From assembly GCA_002683135.1 (NCBI GenBank), contig NYSS01000182.1:14005-78004 (forward strand): 64,000 bases of DNA, in the 5' to 3' direction. Within the stretch, counting starts at the first letter, position 1, and each line of letters opens with the position of its first letter. The notes under the pieces are model-generated. The model made no database searches. It saw only the letters and a list, made by a program, of their open reading frames with translations, and was not told where the DNA came from. Shown here one piece after another: positions 54,685 through 62,244 of the stretch. This DNA is from Planctomycetota bacterium (GTDB taxonomy: Bacteria; Planctomycetota; GCA-002687715). A program made the translations under genes and the position numbers.

Positions 54685-55344
54685 ATGAAAGAAATTATTA
54701 AAGAAATTGTTCAATTGCAAAGTAACGCCAATGATAAAGCTAAACCAGATTGGCTGATTAATCCACCACCTTATCTTCGCGCTGCAGCTGTCGAAAGTTT
54801 TGAGACCTTAGAGCATATTTCGTCATGGAAGTGGTGGAAGGCCGCTAAACCAGATTTCAAACAAGCAAGTATGGAAATGGTAGATATACTTCATTTCATC
54901 GTCGCGCAGGAAATCATCAACTTTAATGGTGATCTCGAAGCCACATCAAACTTTATCACTGAACAGTTTAACGTAAGCGATACCGATGCTATTCCACAAA
55001 CTGACATCGACTTCGACATGTTAAATGACGCAATTGAGTCCATGTCGGGTAATTTTATCGCTCGTGAAATCGACTATCCTTTGTTTATCCTGGTAACAAG
55101 AATGTGCGGTCTATCATTAGAGGGGCTGTTTACTTGGTATATCGGAAAAAATGCGTTAAACAATGCACGCCAGGCTCTGGGTTATAAAGATGGTACCTAC
55201 CAGAAAATATGGGATGGCAAAGAGGATAATGTTTACCTAGTTGAGATCATTGAAACGGCCGATGAATCTAAAGCGTCGGAGAAGTCATTGTACGATCACG
55301 TATACAGTGAGTTGTTACGCCTATATCAACATTACAATGGATAA
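54685..55344 (+). CDS. dimeric (all-alpha) dUTPase-family nucleotide pyrophosphatase
   Basis: AAAVESFETLEHISSWKWWK...EMVDILHFIVAQ matches the dUTPase_2-type motif layout. Confidence 0.55.
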   Translation: MKEIIKEIVQLQSNANDKAKPDWLINPPPYLRAAAVESFETLEHISSWKWWKAAKPDFKQASMEMVDILHFIVAQEIINFNGDLEATSNFITEQFNVSDTDAIPQTDIDFDMLNDAIESMSGNFIAREIDYPLFILVTRMCGLSLEGLFTWYIGKNALNNARQALGYKDGTYQKIWDGKEDNVYLVEIIETADESKASEKSLYDHVYSELLRLYQHYNG

Positions 55345-55362
55345 TAATCCAACCTAGTTTTG

Positions 55363-55390
55363 AAAAAGAAGGGCTTGCCCTTCTTTTTTT
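55363..55390. terminator. bidirectional rho-independent terminator
   Basis: AAAAAGAAGGGC-tt-GCCCTTCTTTTTTT between convergent genes. Confidence 0.75.
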
Positions 55391-55393
55391 GTT

Positions 55394-55969
55394 CTAGGCT
55401 TTTATCAGTACGAGCTCCTTCACTTCGGATGTATCGCCATCAAGCATAGATAGCAATTTCTGCCCACTTACAATTACAACATTCCTACCTGAATTGCCCA
55501 ACGATTTCGCGCCGGTTTTACCCGTGTGCACGAATAAACCAAAAGATTTATGACGATGACATAGTTCAGAAAATTCTCTGACATGCTTTGGATCAATGTG
55601 GTTCGCATAGCGTTTGGCCTGAATTATTATCAATCGACCATTTATATATATTTTACCGTCTATACCACCATCCCCGGTGTACTTTTTATTTCGCTTAATT
55701 TTGACACCCGCTTTTTTTAACGATGATAAAATCATTTCTTCAAAAACGAATGGATCTACTTTACGAAGATAAGCGAACTTCTGTGCTGGGCTTTCCATCT
55801 TGTTGAGTTGCTTTAGCGCTCTATAAGATGACTTAACGCGCCATCTTTTCTTTTTTGGCCAGAACCAGGCTGCAATTAAAGCTATACCGACGGCCATTCC
55901 AAGCAAAAAGGGATCGCTTACTAATGCTTCTGTTAATGAAATTACAGTAAGAAATACATTTTCAATCAC
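55394..55969 (-). CDS. membrane-anchored Mrr-type (Mrr_cat) restriction endonuclease-like protein
   Basis: N-terminal TM segments; YTGDGGIDGKIYINGRLIIIQAKRY catalytic-core signature. Confidence 0.65.
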   Translation of the reverse strand: MIENVFLTVISLTEALVSDPFLLGMAVGIALIAAWFWPKKKRWRVKSSYRALKQLNKMESPAQKFAYLRKVDPFVFEEMILSSLKKAGVKIKRNKKYTGDGGIDGKIYINGRLIIIQAKRYANHIDPKHVREFSELCHRHKSFGLFVHTGKTGAKSLGNSGRNVVIVSGQKLLSMLDGDTSEVKELVLIKA

Positions 55970-56436
55970 GTACTAACCATCCTCTTATTAATGGTGAAAA
56001 CTATCCGCTTTAGCTACACATTGAATTGCGCCTAAATCAGTGATGATTCTATCCACCATATAGCGATTGATGTTCCTGAACGCGATGTTCAAATCGCATT
56101 GAGTTTTGCACAAATAATATCATTAATGCATACTTTGTATCGTTATTTTCGACTAATTATGTAATACCAACAAATCAAAACAATACGTACCGGTTCATTT
56201 CTTCTGGGCCTTCTTACATATCCCACCAGCTCATTCAATCAATAATTGCCTTTCAATACGCCGGTATTAAAACGCAAAAACGCTTATATATTTCAAATCG
56301 AGATGAGTATGGCGATTTTACGATGAAAGGTTTAACCGTAGCGCCGCTCACTTTGGTTACCTGGCTAAAATTATAATGTCTGCAGTACAAGACCACGTTA
56401 ATCGCATTGCTGGTGGTGAGAAAATACGATTCCACC

Positions 56437-56517
56437 TTTACTTTTGTGCGCACGAATAATATAATGAACACATCTCAAGACGCGCCTCGGTCACCATTCA
56501 GGGGTTGGAAATTAGTT
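56437..56517 (+). promoter_or_regulatory. class-A promoter/operator + PK leader
   Basis: TTTACT 56437-56442, GTGCGCAC 56446-56453, TATAAT 56460-56465. S2 GCCTC 56484-56488/GGGGT 56501-56505. Confidence 0.8.
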
Positions 56518-56784
56518 ATGCAAATTTTTGCCAAATATCACACTGAATTTGAAAACCAAAATATCACATCATTTGTGGGCATTGATGCCGACAGTTGCAC
56601 CATCGTAGAGTCACAAGAAATCAATGACGCCGAAGTAAGTTCCGACAGAGGGGAGCATTTATCTGATTACGTGGAAGTTGAGCATCATGGCGAGTATTTT
56701 ATCTTTGAATGTGAAGCGGGTGATTTAACACACGTAGGCGGTAAAGAATTTGAAAATTTCCTTCGTGAGACACTCTTAAAATAA
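56518..56784 (+). CDS. acidic hypothetical protein (88 aa)
   Basis: Start moved from track 56407 to ATG 56518, 12 nt after the PK. Confidence 0.65.
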   Translation: MQIFAKYHTEFENQNITSFVGIDADSCTIVESQEINDAEVSSDRGEHLSDYVEVEHHGEYFIFECEAGDLTHVGGKEFENFLRETLLK

Positions 56785-56826
56785 GTTTCACATCAAAACT
56801 GTTTATGTGGAAGGCCAGGGTTAAAA

Positions 56827-57198
56827 ATGAAAGCAGTTCAAAAGTTTTTAAAAGCTCATATTGGTGATAGCAATATAGATACATCCACTGCAATTTTTGA
56901 TAAATGGGGTGGTGTTAAAGGCATAAAGGCCTATTCTCACTGCACTCTCACTCTTTTAAACGATGCTAATGGGTCGCTAGGGATTGGTAATATAGAAGTT
57001 GAGTCAGGTTTCAGAAGTTCTGGCATTGGCAGAAAAACTATGAAGATGCTTCTTGACTATGCAGACACGAACTCCGTGACACTTACACTGTACGCTAGGT
57101 CACATTCATTTAGCCCACTAGATACTTATAACTTAGTGCGTTGGTATGAAAATATGGGGTTTACTAAAACACCAAGAGGGCATATTAGGGAAAGTTAG
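56827..57198 (+). CDS. GNAT-family N-acetyltransferase (123 aa)
   Basis: IEVESGFRSSGIGRKTMKMLLDYA (motif A) and YENMGF. Confidence 0.6.
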   Translation: MKAVQKFLKAHIGDSNIDTSTAIFDKWGGVKGIKAYSHCTLTLLNDANGSLGIGNIEVESGFRSSGIGRKTMKMLLDYADTNSVTLTLYARSHSFSPLDTYNLVRWYENMGFTKTPRGHIRES

Positions 57199-57207
57199 TA
57201 TTCCTGC

Positions 57208-57288
57208 TTGATATTTGTGCGCACGAATAATATGATAAATACATCTCAAGACGCACCTCGGTCATACCATCAGGGGTTGGAATTAACC
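57208..57288 (+). promoter_or_regulatory. class-A promoter/operator + PK leader
   Basis: TTGATA 57208-57213, GTGCGCAC 57217-57224, TATGAT 57231-57236. S2 ACCTC 57255-57259/GGGGT 57273-57277. Confidence 0.8.
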
Positions 57289-57666
57289 ATGAACATCGTT
57301 ACCACATTCTACTGCATCGCTCGATACTTCCTTGGGTTATACGTACCTTTTATCATTGCCGCTGATCTACCGCAGGCACTAGCCGATTTAGTAGGCTTAC
57401 CCGCCTTGGTCGGAGAAGTATTGAGTAATGTTTCTCACATTGCGCTATTCATCTTCGCCTATAACGTCAGCAGACAGCCAAAGTATGTCGCAGCTATCGG
57501 TGCAACCTATACTATTGCTAACATAGCCACCGTTTTTCAATCAGCTATTGCAACGTTCATTTTCAATGTAAGCTTCACGTCTTGCCTTTTACTATTATCT
57601 GCAAAATTCTATGTAGCACGTCATCAAATCGCTGCAGAAGTATTTGAACGTATGAGTAGGACGTAA
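57289..57666 (+). CDS. membrane protein (125 aa)
   Basis: Start moved from track 57208 to ATG 57289; hydrophobic throughout. Confidence 0.65.
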   Translation: MNIVTTFYCIARYFLGLYVPFIIAADLPQALADLVGLPALVGEVLSNVSHIALFIFAYNVSRQPKYVAAIGATYTIANIATVFQSAIATFIFNVSFTSCLLLLSAKFYVARHQIAAEVFERMSRT

Positions 57667-57685
57667 GCGCCACTTAATCTTAAAT

Positions 57686-57720
57686 GACGCGCCTCGGTCT
57701 TTCTGGGGCAGGATAACGAT
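57686..57720 (+). promoter_or_regulatory. PK leader only (intercistronic)
   Basis: GAC 57686-57688; S2 GCCTC 57691-57695/GGGGC 57705-57709. 11 nt to the ATG. Confidence 0.7.
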
Positions 57721-58086
57721 ATGCACGCAACCAAGACCAACGAACTTGAAATGTTACTTAGACAACTTTTAGGCATAAAGACACGATATTTCTTCACATG
57801 GACAGGAGATCAAAAAACTTACCGGCTTTTGTTTTCAAATGGTGAAGTTCACAAAGACGTAACTCAAGACATGCTTCTTGATGCAGCTAAAGCACTAGGG
57901 GCGCCTAAAGAAGCGCTTACCAGTGGAATCAAACGATTCCATTTCCCACTCTATGAGCTTTATCACCGTAAGGCATTGCAGAATGTAAAAGAAGAAAGTG
58001 ACTGCTTCCGGTGCAGTGATTGTGGCTATGAGTGGAGTATGGCGGCAGGCGATAATGAGGTGCCAGTTCGTTGCACGCATGATTAA
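57721..58086 (+). CDS. hypothetical protein with C-terminal zinc-ribbon-like CxxC..C motif (121 aa)
   Basis: Track ORF after a PK leader; CFRCSDCGYEW...RCTH. Confidence 0.65.
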   Translation: MHATKTNELEMLLRQLLGIKTRYFFTWTGDQKTYRLLFSNGEVHKDVTQDMLLDAAKALGAPKEALTSGIKRFHFPLYELYHRKALQNVKEESDCFRCSDCGYEWSMAAGDNEVPVRCTHD

Positions 58087-58197
58087 CCTATCCACTTAAT
58101 ACGACAAGGGCTTTTGATGACAGTCAATGGCCCTCTTTTTATAGAAATTGCCGGGAACTTTGAGCTAATAGTTTTGGCAATATCGACAACCAAAGCA

Positions 58198-58602
58198 TTA
58201 TCGATCGTTATTAATATACCGCTTCCCTACAGCAATTCTTCGGGTAAAGCGTGGATCTAACGGGGTGATCTTCACGTTGGCAGGAAGTTGTGTGCTCTGG
58301 CCTGATAAGTACTTGTTCGACAAATTATCTAACTTAAACTCAACACCCAACCTCTGCATTGCTTCAATAAGCACTCCATCAGCGCCAGCAGCGTTGTCAG
58401 GCATCAATTTTCCCGTGATACGATTAGTTCTGGCTCGTGCATACAGGCCATAACCAATCTTCATTAGCAAGCCGTTACGAGTCAATCTCCTAAGTGCACG
58501 CCCTACTTGGTCATAGTCTGCTATGTCTTTAAAATCAGAGCGAATAAAAACAGATCGCTTAGAGCACTTCACTCTGGCCTTTATTCTGTCTTGTATCGTC
58601 AT
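58198..58602 (-). CDS. AbiEi-N/DUF6088-like wHTH protein (antitoxin-like, no adjacent AbiEii)
   Basis: SVFIRSDFKDIADYDQVGRALRRLTRNGLLMKIGYGLYARA. Confidence 0.5.
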   Translation of the reverse strand: MTIQDRIKARVKCSKRSVFIRSDFKDIADYDQVGRALRRLTRNGLLMKIGYGLYARARTNRITGKLMPDNAAGADGVLIEAMQRLGVEFKLDNLSNKYLSGQSTQLPANVKITPLDPRFTRRIAVGKRYINNDR

Positions 58603-58646
58603 CTTAAAACCTGACTCCCATCCTACTTGAGCTAATCTCAGTAGGG

Positions 58647-59339
58647 CTATTTTATCTGACTCACTGAAAGGACATTAGTGATCTTTTGTTTCCGACCACA
58701 CCATATATAACGGTAATGACCAGCTTGCATAGGGATCGTCACAGTACGAGGTTTAAATGCCGCGATACACTCTCCACCAGCATGTCTTACGCTATTATAG
58801 AGCAACCCATTGCTGCCTTTAGCCCTTAACTCTTTCGCAAAACGTTGCGGCTCTGCATAATCTTCAGTATGTAGATTAGCATACGTGTCAGGTCGAATGT
58901 CATGTAACGTTAGCGCAACTTTATTGATGTAGCAGCGCATCGTAACTTCCGTATCAGGCTCATTGGTAGCCGATAAGAACTTTTCTCTATGGTATATGGT
59001 CTCTATAATTGCTGTATCGAGATCTTTGGCGCCATAATAAACACCGTAATGCATACCGTCTGTAAATCTACTGGGTAGTGATAAATGAGTAAACGCAGCC
59101 ATGATAGGGGTGGTGCCTGGGCCAGAAATTCTATCCTCTGGTGGAACTAATGCCAGATCGCCAGCTTCATCGCGTAATCTATCATTCGTCAATGATTCTA
59201 TTTCAAAGACGATCTCAAGCTCATCCGGCGAGGCCACATTTTCGAAAAGATTAATAAGTGGGAAGTGGCTAGGAACTAAACGGTGAAGTTTCTCCCAGTC
59301 AGGCAACGTCAGCAACGGCTCATCCACGTTGTGCATCAA
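58647..59339 (-). CDS. RES-domain toxin (NAD+-targeting family)
   Basis: SRFTDG...YGAKDLDTAIIETIYH...LLYNSVRH (R-E-S residues); sits downstream of an Xre-like antitoxin. Confidence 0.7.
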   Translation of the reverse strand: MMHNVDEPLLTLPDWEKLHRLVPSHFPLINLFENVASPDELEIVFEIESLTNDRLRDEAGDLALVPPEDRISGPGTTPIMAAFTHLSLPSRFTDGMHYGVYYGAKDLDTAIIETIYHREKFLSATNEPDTEVTMRCYINKVALTLHDIRPDTYANLHTEDYAEPQRFAKELRAKGSNGLLYNSVRHAGGECIAAFKPRTVTIPMQAGHYRYIWCGRKQKITNVLSVSQIK

Positions 59340-59721
59340 TATATCTCCTTACATCCCACAGATTTATCATGCTTCCTTTAAGCATGTACTCCATTGCTGT
59401 TAACCCGTTAAAGTCGCGATTACTTTTATTAGGCCACGCATCTGCTTGTTCGCGGGTGGGGAATAAGATCCCCAATCCTTTATAAATTCCCATGACATAA
59501 GAAATGCGTTCAAGGGTATCCGGGGATAACGAAGACACATTCCCCTTTTTCCACTTGTAATAGGTTGATTCAGATGGACTACCTAACAGCGTAATTTGAT
59601 CTTTAGCTTTAACACGCCATGCATCCATGATGTTAAAGAATACTGATAATGCAACCTTAGCTTTTTTCGAATCTGATGAGTTCGTTTTTTCTATTAATAG
59701 AGTAGGCACAATAAACTCCAT
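59320..59721 (-). CDS. Xre/MbcA/ParS-type antitoxin (DUF2384-like C-terminus)
   Basis: N-terminal HTH-like part; C-terminal NGLTAMEYMLKGSMINLWDVRRYIDAQ. Overlaps the RES gene by 20 nt. Confidence 0.65.
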   Translation of the reverse strand: MEFIVPTLLIEKTNSSDSKKAKVALSVFFNIMDAWRVKAKDQITLLGSPSESTYYKWKKGNVSSLSPDTLERISYVMGIYKGLGILFPTREQADAWPNKSNRDFNGLTAMEYMLKGSMINLWDVRRYIDAQRG

Positions 59722-59827
59722 AAAAACACTATAATTTAAATATACTCTCTTAAAACACCTTATTCAAGAGATTGGGATGCTCATCGCCTTTGTTTTGATA
59801 GTCTTTGCTAATAAAATGAAATAAACC

Positions 59828-59908
59828 TTTACTTTTGTGCGCACATAAAATAATATAAACACATAGCAAAGACGCACCTCGGTCACCATTCAGGGGTAGG
59901 AAAAAACA
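59828..59908 (+). promoter_or_regulatory. class-A promoter/operator + PK leader
   Basis: TTTACT 59828-59833, GTGCGCAC 59837-59844, TAATAT 59851-59856. S2 ACCTC 59876-59880/GGGGT 59893-59897. Confidence 0.8.
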
Positions 59909-60286
59909 ATGTCAAATAAACTAAATACCACGCAAAAAATCGCTTCTGATGTAGTTTCTACGTTTATCGCTCGTGCCGATGAGTCATCAGACGTCAATCA
60001 GCTTGCTTTCGATAGCATCATCAAAGAAACCCTTACCACAGTTGGTTTTGGTCAATGCTTTGAACAATTGCTTGTAAGAAAGAATTTTCAATTGAAAGCT
60101 ATCCTAGATGTGTTTTCTAAAGCATCTAGGGAATGCGTCTTTGATACCTATGCCGACAATGACGACGCTATCGAGCAATCAGTAGATATCAGCCTAACTG
60201 ATACAGTCATGGGCATTGCACTGTCACGCTCTCGATTGATGCAGCGATTAATTATCGAAGCCGAAGACACTGCGCTGAATCTCTAA
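59909..60286 (+). CDS. hypothetical protein (125 aa)
   Basis: Track ORF after an A-module. Confidence 0.7.
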   Translation: MSNKLNTTQKIASDVVSTFIARADESSDVNQLAFDSIIKETLTTVGFGQCFEQLLVRKNFQLKAILDVFSKASRECVFDTYADNDDAIEQSVDISLTDTVMGIALSRSRLMQRLIIEAEDTALNL

Positions 60287-60326
60287 GACAGCACTATTGG
60301 AAGGGATACACCCTTATTGATTTGAA

Positions 60327-60361
60327 GACGCGCCTCGGTCATTCAGGGGCTGGTAAATACA
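60327..60361 (+). promoter_or_regulatory. PK leader only (intercistronic)
   Basis: GAC 60327-60329; S2 GCCTC 60332-60336/GGGGC 60346-60350. Preceded by hairpin AAGGG-ataca-CCCTT at 60301-60315. Confidence 0.7.
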
Positions 60362-60658
60362 ATGAAAAATGCAACTACGGCAGCAAAGCTACCTCGAATT
60401 AATGTTACTCACTTTATTGCTGGTGGTATTTCAGAAATCTTTGAATCAGAAGTGCTAGTCGATAACGAAGACCGTTTAGAAGTAGTAACAACGCAATCAA
60501 GTATTCTTTCTGAGCAGAATAAACAAATCATTTCTGACTATGTTCGCAGCTGCCAGGGAGAGGACGAGGACACCAACGAAGAGCTGGCAGAATTTTTTAA
60601 CGGGCTAGACAAAGACTGCAGCATTCCTACGCTTTTTTATTGGGATTCAGAAGCGTAA
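60362..60658 (+). CDS. acidic hypothetical protein (98 aa)
   Basis: Track ORF after a PK leader. Confidence 0.7.
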   Translation: MKNATTAAKLPRINVTHFIAGGISEIFESEVLVDNEDRLEVVTTQSSILSEQNKQIISDYVRSCQGEDEDTNEELAEFFNGLDKDCSIPTLFYWDSEA

Positions 60659-60689
60659 ATTTTTTAATATCCTCAAGGAAACCCATCAT

Positions 60690-60947
60690 ATGACGCTAGA
60701 ACATTTATCAGCAATGCCACCTGAACAGGTAATGCAGTGGATTAAGGCTCATAAAGGAAGCTTTACGTTAGTACCAAATGTACCGAGTCATGAATTTTTG
60801 AGTACCTTTATTTTGCATATGCCTGCAGCAATGGATCAAACGACAGCTGATGCAGTGGCTAAACAATACTGCGAATATCATGAAGAAGTTATAGAGTCCA
60901 CTAAACAGCACTTTTCATGTGTTGATGAATCTATTGAGTCTAATTAA
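60690..60947 (+). CDS. hypothetical protein (85 aa)
   Basis: Track ORF with AAGGAA RBS. Confidence 0.55.
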   Translation: MTLEHLSAMPPEQVMQWIKAHKGSFTLVPNVPSHEFLSTFILHMPAAMDQTTADAVAKQYCEYHEEVIESTKQHFSCVDESIESN

Positions 60948-60973
60948 TAAATAACACTTACTTAGGGAGCCTT

Positions 60974-61192
60974 ATGAATAAAAGTACAAAAGCGGCCTTG
61001 CTAGTATATGCCACACCATTTTTGGCTATTTTCGGCTTAGAACTGCTCATGTTTTTTTATGTAAAGCCTATGGTACTGGAAAAAGTGCCTTCTGCTGGCA
61101 ATTTATGGCAGTTCCATGTTCTCGGTATAGCTATCATAATTGGTCTTTGGTATCCCATTAGAAAGTGGATATATAAAGATTTGATGAAATAA
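60974..61192 (+). CDS. small membrane protein (72 aa)
   Basis: Two hydrophobic segments; GGGAG RBS. Confidence 0.55.
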   Translation: MNKSTKAALLVYATPFLAIFGLELLMFFYVKPMVLEKVPSAGNLWQFHVLGIAIIIGLWYPIRKWIYKDLMK

Positions 61193-61220
61193 CAATATTA
61201 AGCCGACAGGAGAATGTTCT

Positions 61221-61424
61221 ATGGCTAACAAAATCAGACCTTTTGGCATTTACAACATTAATCCTGCGAGTATTTCGCCTTCAGGGTATGATGTTGCGGA
61301 TTGCCAAGATCTGCTTCCAAAAGGAGAGCGGATCAGAAACAAGAAGTTAAAGCGCCGTAGACATAATAAAATGGCGCGTGTTGCAGCTAAGCAGGCTTTA
61401 TATAAAGAACTGATAGTGGCTTAA
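61221..61424 (+). CDS. small basic protein (67 aa)
   Basis: KKLKRRRHNKMARVAAK; AGGAG RBS. Confidence 0.5.
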   Translation: MANKIRPFGIYNINPASISPSGYDVADCQDLLPKGERIRNKKLKRRRHNKMARVAAKQALYKELIVA

Positions 61425-61444
61425 CTCTTAGTGAGGAATTCAAA

Positions 61445-61603
61445 ATGATTAAAGAATTATTGGAAATAATTGAGGCACAGCGAGAGTATATTGACGCCTT
61501 GCCTGAATCAGTGGTTTCGACGTTACCAGTTATGCCCGGTCACGATAGAGATTGGGCTGACGAGGTAATTTATGCTGCTAAGAAGTCCTTGGACGACAAA
61601 TAA
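61445..61603 (+). CDS. small protein (52 aa), absent from ORF track; paralog of C-terminus of 39267..39635
   Basis: ATG 61445 with GAGGA RBS; about 70 percent identical by eye to residues 72-121 of the 122-aa protein. Confidence 0.6.
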   Translation: MIKELLEIIEAQREYIDALPESVVSTLPVMPGHDRDWADEVIYAAKKSLDDK

Positions 61604-61736
61604 CCGGTCATTAATCAGTATATCATTCGGGTATAAAAATACGGCAACCTTCACAATAGGTTTTACTTTAGTTCCATAGATATCGTGAACTAGTGATAAA
61701 AATTACGAAAAAAGTGGTGAAAGAGATAAATAAATG

Positions 61737-61818
61737 TTGATTTCTGTGCGCACACACAGTAATATAAACACATAGCAAAGACGCACCTCGGTCACCATTC
61801 AGGGGTAGGACATTAACC
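61737..61818 (+). promoter_or_regulatory. class-A promoter/operator + PK leader
   Basis: TTGATT 61737-61742, GTGCGCAC 61746-61753, TAATAT 61760-61765. S2 ACCTC 61785-61789/GGGGT 61802-61806. Confidence 0.8.
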
Positions 61819-62232
61819 ATGAATATTCAGTCATCGAATACACAGAACTTCGACCTTCGTAACTACTACCTTTTCATTAAAATTGCCCAGGATGACTTTA
61901 ACGGCGAACTTAACCTATCTCACGTTGAGCTGAAAAACGGCAACACCAGCCAGCCGTTAGAAATTAATTCGGTAATAGGCATGAAGTATGACGCTAATCA
62001 GTACACGTTGATCTGCAAATTTGATGATGAACATGCAGACTATTGTGATTCACCCGAAGCATTACGTCGTATCTTTGAAGCAATCCATTCTTCTACAAGC
62101 GATGCCTACATTGATTTGACTGCTGATGTTGATTCACTCGATGTAGACGCTACATTAAATAACATCATTGAAATTCAATTATATTCAGACTCTGACCTCA
62201 AGTTTTCAAAATCAGTCGCAATCGTCCATTAA
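61819..62232 (+). CDS. hypothetical protein (137 aa)
   Basis: Track ORF after an A-module. Confidence 0.7.
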   Translation: MNIQSSNTQNFDLRNYYLFIKIAQDDFNGELNLSHVELKNGNTSQPLEINSVIGMKYDANQYTLICKFDDEHADYCDSPEALRRIFEAIHSSTSDAYIDLTADVDSLDVDATLNNIIEIQLYSDSDLKFSKSVAIVH

Positions 62233-62244
62233 TTTGTAATCATT

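Noticed and set aside
2220-61818. The promoter-leader module could be a MITE/REP-type mobile repeat.
   Set aside because: I saw no terminal inverted repeats or target-site duplications. Every copy is correctly oriented and spaced relative to an ORF, which indicates functional expression signals rather than random insertions.
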